Shown here piece after piece: positions 34,620 through 45,983 of a stretch of DNA of 64,000 nt; the stretch's first letter is position 1, and the number at the start of each line of letters is the position of its first letter. The notes under the pieces are model-generated. The model was not told the origin of the DNA. It ran no database searches and worked only from the letters and a program-made list of their open reading frames with translations. Source of the DNA: Obrimoposthia wandeli (lineage: Eukaryota). Location of the stretch: NCBI GenBank assembly GCA_977020255.1, contig CDROCS010002657.1:248001-312000 (forward strand), given 5' to 3'. Both the position numbers and the translations under genes were made by a program.

Positions 34620-36232
34620 ATCTAGCCTCCATCCAAAAGTCGTTCCATGTTTCAATGCATTTTCTCCTTAGTATCACTGGCACTGTCTTAACGCTATGAA
34701 TGCGCGTGCCTTCCGTTGTTTGTCTTTTATTACCATTGTTTGACCTTCTATTCTCCCCCCCCCCTTTATCGTGTAGAAGCCAGTGATGCTCTTCGTGGCA
34801 TCCATATGTCCGACATAACCGATTAAATCTACACTTCTCCACCGTGTGATTACTGCGTAAGCAATTCTTGCATATTTTCTCTCTCTCGACTCACTTCTGC
34901 TTCGCTGCCACTGTCAACTGTTTAACCTGCTCACATTGATCAGTATAGTGGTTGGCTCTACATTTTGCACATTCTGCCTTTCTCTCGACTATTGTGGACT
35001 GGTTTATAACCATTTTTCATTTCATTTACTATTCGAAAATAATGTGTGAGTGTAATGATGTGTGTCATTGTTCCATCTCCTAGGTTTTTCAACGTCACTG
35101 GCTTGCTTTCTTTGATTCTCACGACTTTCATTAACCTTATTGGCTTTTCTTAGATTCTCACTTTCTTTCTGGGCCCATATCTTTAACGTACATACATTCT
35201 CTTTCTCCCCGTTTTGTTGGATCCACTTCGTCCAATCCATCACTCCTAACATTGGCAACTTTCTCAACAGCTTGTTGAAAATAAACCAATTTCCAAGATC
35301 ACCCTTGTTGTCTTCTTCTCTTGCTCTGATTACTATCTTGTTTATTCATTGTAAAAAGGCGTCCAGATCTTGGTCTTCTCTCCATCTTATCACTCTAAAC
35401 CTTTCAACTTCGTCCATCAAACCTCTATAATTTCTTTCCCTTCCTCCGTACCTTTCTTCTAGCAATCTTAAAGCTTCATCGTAACTTGCATCCGTGAACC
35501 CAAGGTTTTGAATTAATCTGTAAGGTTCTGCCTCACATACTCCATCAGCTGCAGCATCTTTTCTTGCTTTGGTGCATTGGTCTGATCGATCACAGTACCA
35601 AATATTGCCCTCTAACTTTCATAATCCTTATAATCACCAAATAAATATGGGATACTAATCTTTTTTAGCCCCTTCCACACATTTTGGCCTGACATATTTT
35701 CTCTTGATTCTTGATTCTTATTTTCTCTTGACTCTTTTGTGGTTCTAACCTCAAATTCCTTTTCTGCTTTTGCTATTTCACTCTTTATCTCCTTTATCTT
35801 GAGTTGGTCTTTGTTTTCCACCGCCTGCTCCAAATCTCTGTTCTTCTGGTCACTGAATCTTCGTACGATATCCCTATATATCTTTCTTATTCTGAATCCT
35901 CTTCCGTATTCCGTGCTTCTGTCCATTCATCGCCAGCCAATATTATCTTCAACCTCATAACCCTCTCCGCCCTCTCATTGTTTTCCTCCCACATTCCCCC
36001 TTTCAACCTCATCATCACGACAATATTGCTGCCATCACCAATGCTCTCCCACATCTCCACTCTCTTTCCATGTCGTTGTAACCAGCAACTCTCCTCCTTT
36101 AACCCATATCGCTTCTGAATCTCCTCCATTGCGTCCTTTCCTGTGCAATTCCGTTTCAAGGGCACTACATTTATATGTCCCCCTATACATAAAAAGTACT
36201 GTCCCGCATCACTACATCCTCTAGTTGGCCTA
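34620..36232 (-). pseudogene. BEL/Pao Gag (ubiquitin-like domain, coiled coil, DUF1759-type region, three Cys/His knuckles); N-terminal part at 52703-52423
   Basis: LKKISIPYLFGDYKDYES*RAIF; EPYRLIQNLGFTDASYDEALRLLEERYG; CAKCRANHYTDQC; CKNCLRSNHTVEKC; CRTYGCHEEHHWLLH (BEL signature). Several stops and frameshifts. Confidence 0.85.
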
Positions 36233-37060
36233 AGTAGGTAGATGTGACACTTCTGGAACAAAGCCCCCCCCTGAGGACAAGCTCAGGTCAAGTTGAGGAC
36301 AAAAAATTTTAAGGTCAAGTTGAGGTCACGGTGAGGTCAAGATGTAGGTCATGACCTCATGAGGTCATGACCCCCCCTATGCTTAGGAAAAATGTCTTTG
36401 TCCTGAAAGACACACATCAAGTAGGGGGATATTTTTTTTTGAGCATACCCCCCCCTTGAGCACAGTTTAAGGTCACGATGAGGACATGACCTCATGAGGT
36501 CAACTTAAGGTCACGGTGAGGACAAGATGTAGGTCATGACCTCATGAGGTCAAGTCAAGTTAAGGTCAATGTACTTTAAGGTCAACTTAAGGTCATGACG
36601 TCATGAGGACAACTTAAGGTCACGGTGAGGTCAAAAAGATTCTATTTTTAGTAACATACTTTAAATCTATATATATTTTTATCTAAAGGTGGTTTTAACA
36701 CCAATTTAACAAAATACATCTCGTGTGTGTGTTTTATAATTTATTTAAAATATCTACTTATAAAATAAAGTATTATATAATTTGATAATCATGTTTAAAC
36801 GTTCCTATATCTATCTAACAAAGACAGTCACGCATCTATATTGCAAATACTTGCATCTTTATGTAATCAATAGTAACATTTATTCTTATACATGTATATA
36901 TGTGTGTGAGTATCTAACAAAGACAGTCACCAATACCTACAAAGACAGTCACGTGTGTGTCTAACAAAGACAGTAATCAATACCTACAAAGACAGTCACG
37001 TGTGTCTAACAAAGACAATCATCAATACCTACAAAGACGTACTGCATCTATATTGCAAAA
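36233..37060 (+). repeat. Left TIR of the Polinton
   Basis: Matches the reverse complement of 51717-52422 at the tip and in the inner AT-rich part; the middle AGGTCA array differs. The inner limit is approximate. Confidence 0.85.
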
Positions 37061-37170
37061 ACCTGCAAATTTATGTAAATAATTTTTAAAATAAAGACAA
37101 GTATTTCTAACATATATATTCCTTAAAATCACAAAGGAGAATAAAAATATGTACAACACATATAAAAAGT

Positions 37171-40100
37171 TTATACAACCTCGTCCGGGTATAAAAAGTG
37201 ACCATAGGCGACTGAACGGTTTTTCTCCACCCACTTGCGCTTATCATCACTACTGCTTAAGGCAATTTTACTTAACCTTACAGTAAAAAGTTGATGATTT
37301 AGCGAGCTTATACGTTGTTGTTGTACACGCTCGCTAACGCCACTCTTATAGACAGCTAAGTAATTAGAGTGCCTAATACTCGTCTGTCGGAGACTAATAC
37401 CTTTCGCTCTCATCTGAGATTCACCTTCTGTAGTCTCTAGGCTATATGATTTTGGTCGTAGAAAAATCCCTTGCCTATAACTAAATAATCCCTTAATATC
37501 ATCTTTAAATTTTCCTATCGCTGTATTAAGCGTCGTATAAAGCGGATGGGTTTTTGGAAATTTCGAGGTATCCAACAGTCCATCAGCAATCATAGCAGGT
37601 AACAGTGATTCTTGAACATTGACATTATTACACTTCAAGAAAAATCTATCAGTGTCACCCGCTATAATTCTAATGTCGCAGTTAAATTGAACTCGATATT
37701 TCTCCAACTGCTCATATTGTAGCTCATACATACGAAGTTTGCTTAAATCTAATACCTCCTGGCCCATGTAACTAGGACGATCCAAAACAATATTTTCCTT
37801 ATCCAGTAAAACTGCAATAAGGTCCGTATCGATTTCGATTGTCCTACGAAAGTGGGCTTTACTGCAATAGGTAACCAGCTTCTGTGGAGTATTACAAATC
37901 CGGAGGTTAATTCTTTTCATCAGATTCTCAATGAGTTTTCCAAATAAAGAATTCACCTTCAGTTTGTAGTAATCCCGCTCGAAATCTGTTGTAACCGCAG
38001 CTCTTTTGAGAGAATTATCCTCAATATATTTTGAAAAAACATTAGTTTGTTCAAACTGTATTGCTCTATATACAAAATCTACCTTAGCACCAAGTCTAAC
38101 GTACATTTGTAGCAATCTAGAATGCACAACATAATGTTTCTTAGGGTAATGTGTTAATAACAATTTTTCAGTCTTACACCCTGGTGGACTCTGTTTAATT
38201 GGAGCAAGGGGAAGATCGTCGAATTTATTATGAAGCTCGTTGGGAATGGATAAATCTATTTCCAATAAATGAGCGAAGCGACTACAGGATAAATCTACTG
38301 ATTTTAAGCTGGAAATAATATTCCCCAACTCTAACCGATCAGTCACCCAGGAAAAGTTACCACAAGGTAAAAACTGGGACATAGCCCACCCGTACAAATT
38401 ATTTACATCAATGTACAAATGTTCTGTACCATTGATGGCGTCCACTATGGTGTTCATTAACAAATGTCATACCCCCGCATATCCCGGGCCGGAAGAGTCG
38501 GTACATTTCTGGATCCTGTATTAGCTCGACTCGCACAACGGGAGCAGAAGAAGAAGCCGGACGAAGCAGGGATTTGAAAGCACTCGCGAAATTCAGTCCT
38601 GGAAATAAAAACATTTATTAAAATCATTGTGAAAATCATTGTGAAAATCATTACTTTGAAAATCATCTATCTAACAAAGACAGTCACGCATCTATATTGC
38701 AAATACTTGCATCTTTATGCAATCAATAGTAACAAGTACTACATTTATTCTTATACATGTATATATATATATGTGTTAGTGTCTAAAATTAGAAAAAAAT
38801 AGAAAAATACAAACCAGGGATGGAGAAGAAATTGAGTGGCTCCAATCCATCGTCAGTAATGGCCTTGGTCCGGAATGCTGTAAACACGTATGCTAGAAGG
38901 TATACGTCTATCTTCATATAGACCAGCATATAGTCCCAGAGCGATGAGCAGCCGCTCTGAGTCCAGACCATCTTCGCCATTTCATATTGTGCTGGCTTGA
39001 TCTTCTCATCCCACTTTGGCGGTAAGCTGGTGATTGCGCGAAGAGCAGTCTCTGATACTGCCATATTGTATGGGAAGATTCCCTTGGCGCTCACCAGATG
39101 TTGCGGGAAGACCGAATGTGTAAGAGGAGTCACACCCAGGTTTTCCACAAGTTTTTCAAGTCTGCTGTTCAAAAATTGAAGGGAATCGATGAAACGTATA
39201 CAGACTCCTCCAATATACACCATCATAGCCTGGAATTTCTCTGTTGATTGAGGTATAACAGATACATTCCAGTCAGGAAACTTGCACGGTGCGTGCTTCA
39301 ATATGTGGTGCATATGTAACCCATAAGATTGTGAAAAATGACGGGAAAAGACCGATTGATTCTCCTTGATAAGTTGCATTTCGTATGCGCTGCTCCCAGG
39401 TATTCGCCAGTCATGTGATCGTGATCTCGAACTTTGTTTGTGAGTTTCTTCTTACACAGGTAACAGATTCTTGCTGCATTGAAACTCGATACCTGTTCCT
39501 GTGTGAGTTGTCGCATCACCTCGATCGCATGCTTCTTGTACCATGGGAGAACAACCTCTTTCGCCAAGTCCTCTAATTTCTGCAAAAAGTATACCACACA
39601 AGATTCCCCGGTAAAGACCGAGTAATCATGTGTATACCCTCTCGTGGCTGCAACGGGAGACATGAGCATACCGGCCGAGATTGGAAGCTGAATCTGATGG
39701 TGGATTCCATGCGGCGGTAGCACAGCCTCAAAGTCCGCGTAAACAGCAAAAGGTGGAGAAATCGTTTTCAAAAAGTCCTTAAACTCAATATGCTTCTCTG
39801 TAGGCATTGAATAAAGTGTTGTATGATCTAAATTCATCCTACAGAGCGGAACGTGTTTGGCGTAACTTATCGGACTACGGAATCCATGAAGACATTTATG
39901 GCACCAAGTACACCGAATGCAATTAGATACACCTTTGTTCCTATAATTAAGCAGCCTATTGAGTTTAGGAATACCGATATAATGAAAATTATCATTATTT
40001 TCTAAAAGGAGAAGATTGATTGGTTTAGCGTCCGGGTTTGTGGTCCTGTAAATCACATCCACATAGGGATTTTTGAAGATATCCCCATCTGTTTGCACAT

Positions 40101-40791
40101 TAGAGAACCTATTGAATGTAAATACGTTGATTGAGAGAGATGGATTCTTTCTCTCAAATCGCGGTATATTACATAGACGCATCGGCATCTCATTCTCATC
40201 AAAAACTAACTGACTCAAAAAGGCATCATATTGATTAACCCGATGAGGATTAGAGCGAAATACTTCACGGAAAAGTACAGATAAGATACTGTAAAGGAAG
40301 CAAAAAGCGTTTGAGTTCTGCACATTGATAACGCAATGTGAGAGTGCTAACTCAGATGGAGTAGGTATATAACTACTTCCCTGGAGATAGTTCATTGTTG
40401 TTTTAGTCACAACAAACGAAATCTCCAGGAAGCGGTTCACTACCCAATTACTACTACTTTGAGAATAATTCTCAATCTTCTTGTTGATCCCATCTACTCC
40501 CGCATCTATAAACCCCTCATCTATGGGGAGCCCTCTATTGGAAAAATTCCAAGCGCGTGTTTCTCCAATATTGGAAAATTCAACACGCACCCCGAATTGA
40601 ACCTTGCAAGTTGCAAACATGCTGACTGTGTCCCTTAAGCTAGTCAAAAGTGATACAGGAACTTGTAAATCGATGAGATTGTCATTAGAAACATCTAATG
40701 ACAATGTCTCAATCGTGCCCCGAAGACTAGTCTTACGCTTAACAGCATCAACCCTGAAAAACTTCGCAACATAGCTACCTGAAGTGGGCAT
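37171..40791 (-). pseudogene. polB: Protein-primed family B DNA polymerase with one intron (38599-38814) and two 1-nt frameshifts (~39316, ~38450)
   Basis: Exo motifs YADFE, FHNLMGY(D), YMKID; polymerase motifs YIDVNNLYG, KLKVNSLFGK, GDTDR (usually DTDS), PKSY, AKGI. Also an endonuclease VII-like CYLC...RDHDH...HTKCN segment and an N-terminal OTU-like Cys (FCFLY)/His (FHY) region. Confidence 0.95.
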
Positions 40792-40800
40792 AACACTTCT

Positions 40801-41242
40801 CTAACGGGTAGATGCTGGTAACGGCGCGGGGATCATACCAACTGGAGGAGGCATAACTGAAACCATTGGTGCAGCAGATGATGGTGAAGCAACTGGGGTA
40901 GTAACAGCAGCAGCAATTAAGGTAGCAATTGACGAAGCAGCAACAACTGGACCAGCAACCCGAGAAATAGTAGCAGATCTATTCTGAAAGATGGCCTTCT
41001 TGCCACGTTGCTGGAAATGACGAAGATGGACACGATGACGCGCCACAAACTCCGGCCAATCAATCTCCTCCGCGGAGAGACATACTGGACATACGTAGAA
41101 TTGTTGTCCTTTGAACTTCTGTCCAAAGTAGCTCTTCATTTTTCCGTCACATTCCTTGTGACTCTCCTCGAAGCATTCTTTGTTCATATTGCAATTCTAG
41201 AAAGAAATAAATTAGCTGAAAAAATAACAATAAACTTACCAT
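40801..41242 (-). CDS. Small Cys/His-rich Polinton protein with Pro/Ala/Ser-rich tail; probable 43-nt intron after the ATG
   Basis: ATG(41242-40)|GTAAGT...TTTCTAG|AAT TGC AAT ATG joins in frame with ORF 40801..41187; CPVC motif; TATATAAGC upstream. Confidence 0.65.
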
Positions 41243-41373
41243 TTTCAATTTCGTTTATAATAGGGGATTATTTGTTGATTGATGCTTGCTTATATACTAT
41301 TTTCGAGCTAGTATTAAGCCAATCAGATTCATACATTATTTAAACCAACCAGATTAATTTAAAACAGAATAGT

Positions 41374-41883
41374 TTACTGACAGATGTGAGTAGTTGAATT
41401 TTCATTAATATTTAAATAATCCAAACTAGCTGCAAAGCATTTCTTGTATGCACAATGCTCGCCATGTTTAATATATGGACAATTGATATTTGATGGATTT
41501 AATTGTTTTAATGTTTTCGAGTAATTTATCACTCTAAATTCAGGAAAATATTTATTGATTGTCTTTATTTTAGCTCCATTATTTTCATCCAAAACATAGA
41601 AAATTGATTTGGATACATCACAACAACGTTTTATTTCCTCAGTTATTTCTTGTATCTTGAAATAACTATTACCATCAACTAGTTTTAATCGATGGTAATG
41701 CTTAATGAGATATCTATTTATTTTTCTTGATTTTCTATTCATCATGTCCCATATGGGTTGCTTTTTAAAAACATAATGTTTGGGATAGAAGATTGCATCC
41801 ACATCCATTATACATAGTTCTTTTATTACAAATTCAGTATTATTATCAATAAAAGCTTCAAAATCAATAAAATAAACAGACAT
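41374..41883 (-). CDS. DEDD/DnaQ-like nuclease-fold protein with C-terminal Cys/His cluster
   Basis: N-terminal YFIDFEAF (D-x-E) followed by IKEL, and C-terminal CPYIKHGEHCAYKKC. Intact ORF of 169 aa. The fold call is motif-based only. Confidence 0.55.
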   Translation of the reverse strand: MSVYFIDFEAFIDNNTEFVIKELCIMDVDAIFYPKHYVFKKQPIWDMMNRKSRKINRYLIKHYHRLKLVDGNSYFKIQEITEEIKRCCDVSKSIFYVLDENNGAKIKTINKYFPEFRVINYSKTLKQLNPSNINCPYIKHGEHCAYKKCFAASLDYLNINENSTTHICQ

Positions 41884-41920
41884 TTTTTATAGCAATAATT
41901 TTGTTTGATATTGTTTATAT

Positions 41921-42298
41921 CTATTGTTTATGCTTTAACCAAAGCAGACATAGTTGTCCACATGAGTGCGTTAAAACATTTTGATAATGTTTCTTACTAA
42001 AATGTACTTTCTTTCCAGAATCAAGTACTGTAGATACTAATTTAGAAGGGTAATATATCCCAAAGGGGTCAAAAACAAAGATTTCATTTTCTTTAACATG
42101 TATTGCAATCCAATGTTCACCACGCAAATTAGATGAATGTGTATTGATTACATATCCACCTAGTCGAGTCAAAGAGGGGATGTGATCAAGACTGTAGACT
42201 CCATTGAAATGCGAACCGAGTAGTTTTCTTCCGCTTTTTGTTATCTCGTCCGAACTAGAATATATATTAATTAATAAATTCAAACTGATTTACTTCAT
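41921..42298 (-). pseudogene. Adenain/Ulp1-like maturation cysteine protease
   Basis: GEHWIA (His), FDPFG (Asp), YQ...SCGQLC (Gln/Cys). The in-frame ATG at 42298 is followed by TAA at codon 3. Confidence 0.9.
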
Positions 42299-42327
42299 TT
42301 ATATCTTCTTTATTGTTTTCATTCTGT

Positions 42328-43537
42328 TTATACTAGTACTGTTCCTCCCTTGGTAATTTGAACCTCAGAATCGAATACTCCATAGATTATAATATTAGTA
42401 GGATGTTCAAGTGCTTTTGAAAACTTGATTTCTACTTTCAAATTTCCCTGTTTAGGGATTTGAGCTTGATTAATATCGAAATCAGGAGAGAGAACAAATG
42501 TGAACAGTGTATACTTGTCCTTGAAATCAGTCATTGAAATTCAAATATTAGCATCCTTATCCAAATGACCAAGATTTCTAATTAAAGATTGCACATAAGA
42601 AAACACATAATCATCGTTTTCAAAGTCATTCGTATAAGATTCTTGATAATCAATATTTCGTGCAAGTTTAATTGAACTCACATTCATGTGTCCAAATTGA
42701 GAAACCTCATTTTTAGACTCACCTCCATAGGTAGAAGTGTTTTGGAAAGCAATTAAAACAAAGTTTGGAAGTTGCATATCACCAAAAATCTGATCCCGTA
42801 GGGATAGCGTTAGAAACAAGATTAGTTTTTCTAATAGGATAACATGCATTTTGCTTCTCCAACCCTATTCGATGTGCAACGAGTACAGATGGTTCCACCT
42901 TTACTCTTCGAACCAGCAGTTTTGCTTCCGTAATCTCAATTGCGGTTTTAATAGTATCGTCGTAAACAACACTAAAACCTACTGGATTTCTCTTCATTCG
43001 AATATGTGCACTTACACCGAGTAAAAGATACTTTGGTTGCTTAAAGAAATCCAACTGGAGACTCCCACAAAGTGACAATACTTTAGACTTTGCAATCGAA
43101 GCAGTTCTTCTTTTTTCATCATTGTCAAACCCAATTGCATCAAGATTAATCAATTTCGTATCATTACCGTAATTCAGTAATGTTTCAATCATTGCTTTAT
43201 GAGTGTAGCTAGTATTATTTCCCTCAACTTTCACATTATTGAGACTGAGAATCACATCCTTGAAAAGAGTATGCAACATGTAATTAGCTGATTTGATATC
43301 CATACCATCATCCAAATCACCTCCACCTTCCTTTGTAACTTTCAATTTAACGAGAAATAAACTATCATTCAAATCAAGATATTGAGTATTGGATCAATTA
43401 ATATTGAATTCTAAATCCGGAGAAGATGTCCCGTTAACCGTATTTGTCGGACATATTTCTTCAAAACTAGCACTATCAACCACAACCTGAGGTATAGGTT
43501 TATCAAATATACACAATTCAGTTTTAGCACAACTCAT
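42328..43537 (-). pseudogene. Major capsid protein (double jelly-roll)
   Basis: MSCAKTELCIFDKP...LEFNIN*SNTQYLDL...FKDVILSLN...AMIETLL...AKLLVRRV...FTFVLSPD...IYG. In-frame TGA at ~43395 and ~42541, and a frameshift at ~42790. Confidence 0.9.
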
Positions 43538-43899
43538 TACTTAAAAATTGTTCCACCTAGTTTCAAACGTTTGTTTATACCCGATGCTTTAGATGTTTTC
43601 TTACGTTTATAACCACTTCCCTTTTGAGTTTTCTTTTTCAAAAATTCAGCTAGACTTGGTGAAATTTCATTCACCTGATCCAAGGCTGCATCCTTTAGTG
43701 TGGGAAGAAATTTCTCATCACTTGACAAGTATTTTGATCCAACATTAGCAATAAATTTCCCGAGTCGCTTGAGTAGTGGGAAAGCAAAGCGACCTAAAAC
43801 CTTCATCCATCCTGATCCATACTGTTTTCCCGCAAAATAAGGCAAATCACCTCCTTGCATCGGTTTACTATACGCATCGATTATACTTGAATCAATCAT
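43537..43899 (-). CDS. Small basic virion protein with amphipathic helix (between minor and major capsid genes)
   Basis: QGG...FAGKQYGSGWMKVLGRFAFPLLKRLGKFIANVG...QKGSG; position and Gly motifs as seen in Polinton structural modules. Confidence 0.7.
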   Translation of the reverse strand: MIDSSIIDAYSKPMQGGDLPYFAGKQYGSGWMKVLGRFAFPLLKRLGKFIANVGSKYLSSDEKFLPTLKDAALDQVNEISPSLAEFLKKKTQKGSGYKRKKTSKASGINKRLKLGGTIFK

Positions 43900-44918
43900 A
43901 ATTTACGAAAATGAACCGTTAAACTTGTTTTAGCTCCGTAAGCAAATGTAATTAATCTTCCAGAATCATTACGTATATTAACTTAAATATTGTTTATAGA
44001 AGAAGAACTCACGGGAATATACTTTGGATTTTCAATTGGAATATGTATAACATCACCATACTTGTGCTTTTCCTGTTGAACCCAAATTGCTTTAATTAAG
44101 AGAAGTTTCCTTCCTCCTACGAATATTGGTTCGGTAATACTCGTGTAGATATAAATCTGATTATATGCATTAGTCATTTTAGGAAAAATCTTTGCTTTGA
44201 AAACCTCATTTTTATTTTCAAATTCATTTTCATCAAAACCGATAATTGAGGCTAATTATTTATCCATGATGATTTTATCAATATTGGATTTCAATTTGAA
44301 ATGAATCAATTTATTAACTAGTTTAAAGTTTTCAAATACATTTGGTAACACTGTTTTAAAATGTTTACACATACTTTTGCTATCGGCAAAAAGAAAATCA
44401 TTGGGAACTGAATATATTTTCCTCTCGCGTTTAACGAATCTGTTTTTTATCTTGAATGTAATTATCGGATACTTGACATGATTATCCATAATTTGTGAAA
44501 CTGCATGATTTCCTTTTTCAACTTTAGACGGAAATCCATATTGTTCTGCAACAATTTCATCATTAAAAATTATTTCAAAATTATCCCCTTTTTCCATAAT
44601 TTGAATTTGATTCTCTTTATTTAAATAGATTGTGAAATCATCGCCTGACTTAATACGAGCCAAATCCATTTGACCCTTATCAAATAGTGAAGTCACATCA
44701 GTTACTTTATCAGCTTCACGTTGGGTAATATATTCAATCTCAGTTTCACTTTGAATAGATAGAGGAGAGTAATTGAAAGAAAATTCCGTAAGAGCAGCTT
44801 CCCAAGCACCAGGTAAATTGATTGAGCTTTGATAATCAATACTAAAACTATTAGCAGTATTATTCGGCTGATTTAATGGCGAACCATTACTTGGTAATAC
44901 AACATACGTTGAGTTCAT
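43896..44918 (-). pseudogene. Minor capsid (penton-like) protein
   Basis: YVVLPSN...NNTANSF...INLPGAWEAALTEF...IYIYTSITEP...YIPV...I*VNIRNDSGRLITF...LTVHFRK. In-frame TAA at ~44256 and ~43983. Confidence 0.85.
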
Positions 44919-45886
44919 TCTATTTGAGAAGCTAATATCCAACTAGGTTCAGTATATCCATGCCACTTAACATGATATTGTTTATGCTTTCCTCTACCTT
45001 TTGTCTCTAAAATTTCTTGGATTCTATATACATTCGGTTTCTCAGACAAGACTTGTAATTCCTCATGATAAAATTTACCCGTGATTACATTATTGGTTTC
45101 ATCCTCAATGAAATACATTACCGGCACACGTTTATTATCAATTTTAGTTATACGAAATACTTCATCGCTCCAATTCTCTTTGAAATTCTTTATAAAAGGA
45201 GTAGTACTAATTTGAGAAATACGTACATAATCACCAACTTTATACTTGGGTTTCCGTGCAACTTGACTTTGGTTACGGCGTTGCCAAATTTCCATAGCAT
45301 TCTCATCTGTAACATCAACGGGTCTCTTTCGGTCTAATGATGAGTGTTCACTATGATTGTATGCATGTATTATTTGAGGTAAAACAGTAACCCAGGACTT
45401 ATTTCCCTGCTTTGTGAAATACTTTTTCAAACGATCTCTCAATGTTCGATTAAAACGTTCAACTAAAGCGGCTTTATATTGGGAAAATACTGAGTAATGA
45501 TTAATATTATGTTTTTTCAATAGTGTTTCAACATGTTTATTATAAAACTCCTTTCCACTATCCGTTTGGAAATTTCTTGGTTTTATTTCTTTAATCAAAA
45601 GCTTCATTGCGGCTAAAACATAGGTACCAGACTTAGACTTTAATGGAATAGCTCGCGCGAATCTGCTAAAGACATCAACACAAGTTAAAATATATCAATA
45701 TCCGTTGTTAATACTAGCATACGGAATCATTTCCATCAAATCTGCTTGCCATAAATCATTCGGGCCGCTCGTTTTGTATGATCTCGTTGGGAACCGACGT
45801 CTCATTGGTTTGTTTAAGCTGTAAGCTAATTTTGAAACCCCTTTGTAACCAACGGGGTGACTTGGATCGAACCATATTTTCTCCAT
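44915..45886 (-). pseudogene. Retroviral-like DDE integrase with C-terminal chromodomain
   Basis: WQADL, QTDSGKEF, VERFNRTL, and YHVKWHGY...SW (chromodomain). One in-frame TGA at ~45695. Confidence 0.95.
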
Positions 45887-45983
45887 TGCAGTAAGACGAT
45901 TTGATTTTTAAATTATATTTAGGAATAGATGGAAGTGATCCCATATATAAATTCATATTATTGATTCGAATTTATGTTTATAA

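Noticed and set aside
41921-45886. Stop-codon reassignment explaining in-frame TGA/TAA in Polinton genes
   Set aside because: Both TGA and TAA occur, at positions expected to be different residues (Gly, Arg/Lys, Glu), alongside frameshifts, and the same codons end intact ORFs. Ordinary decay fits better.
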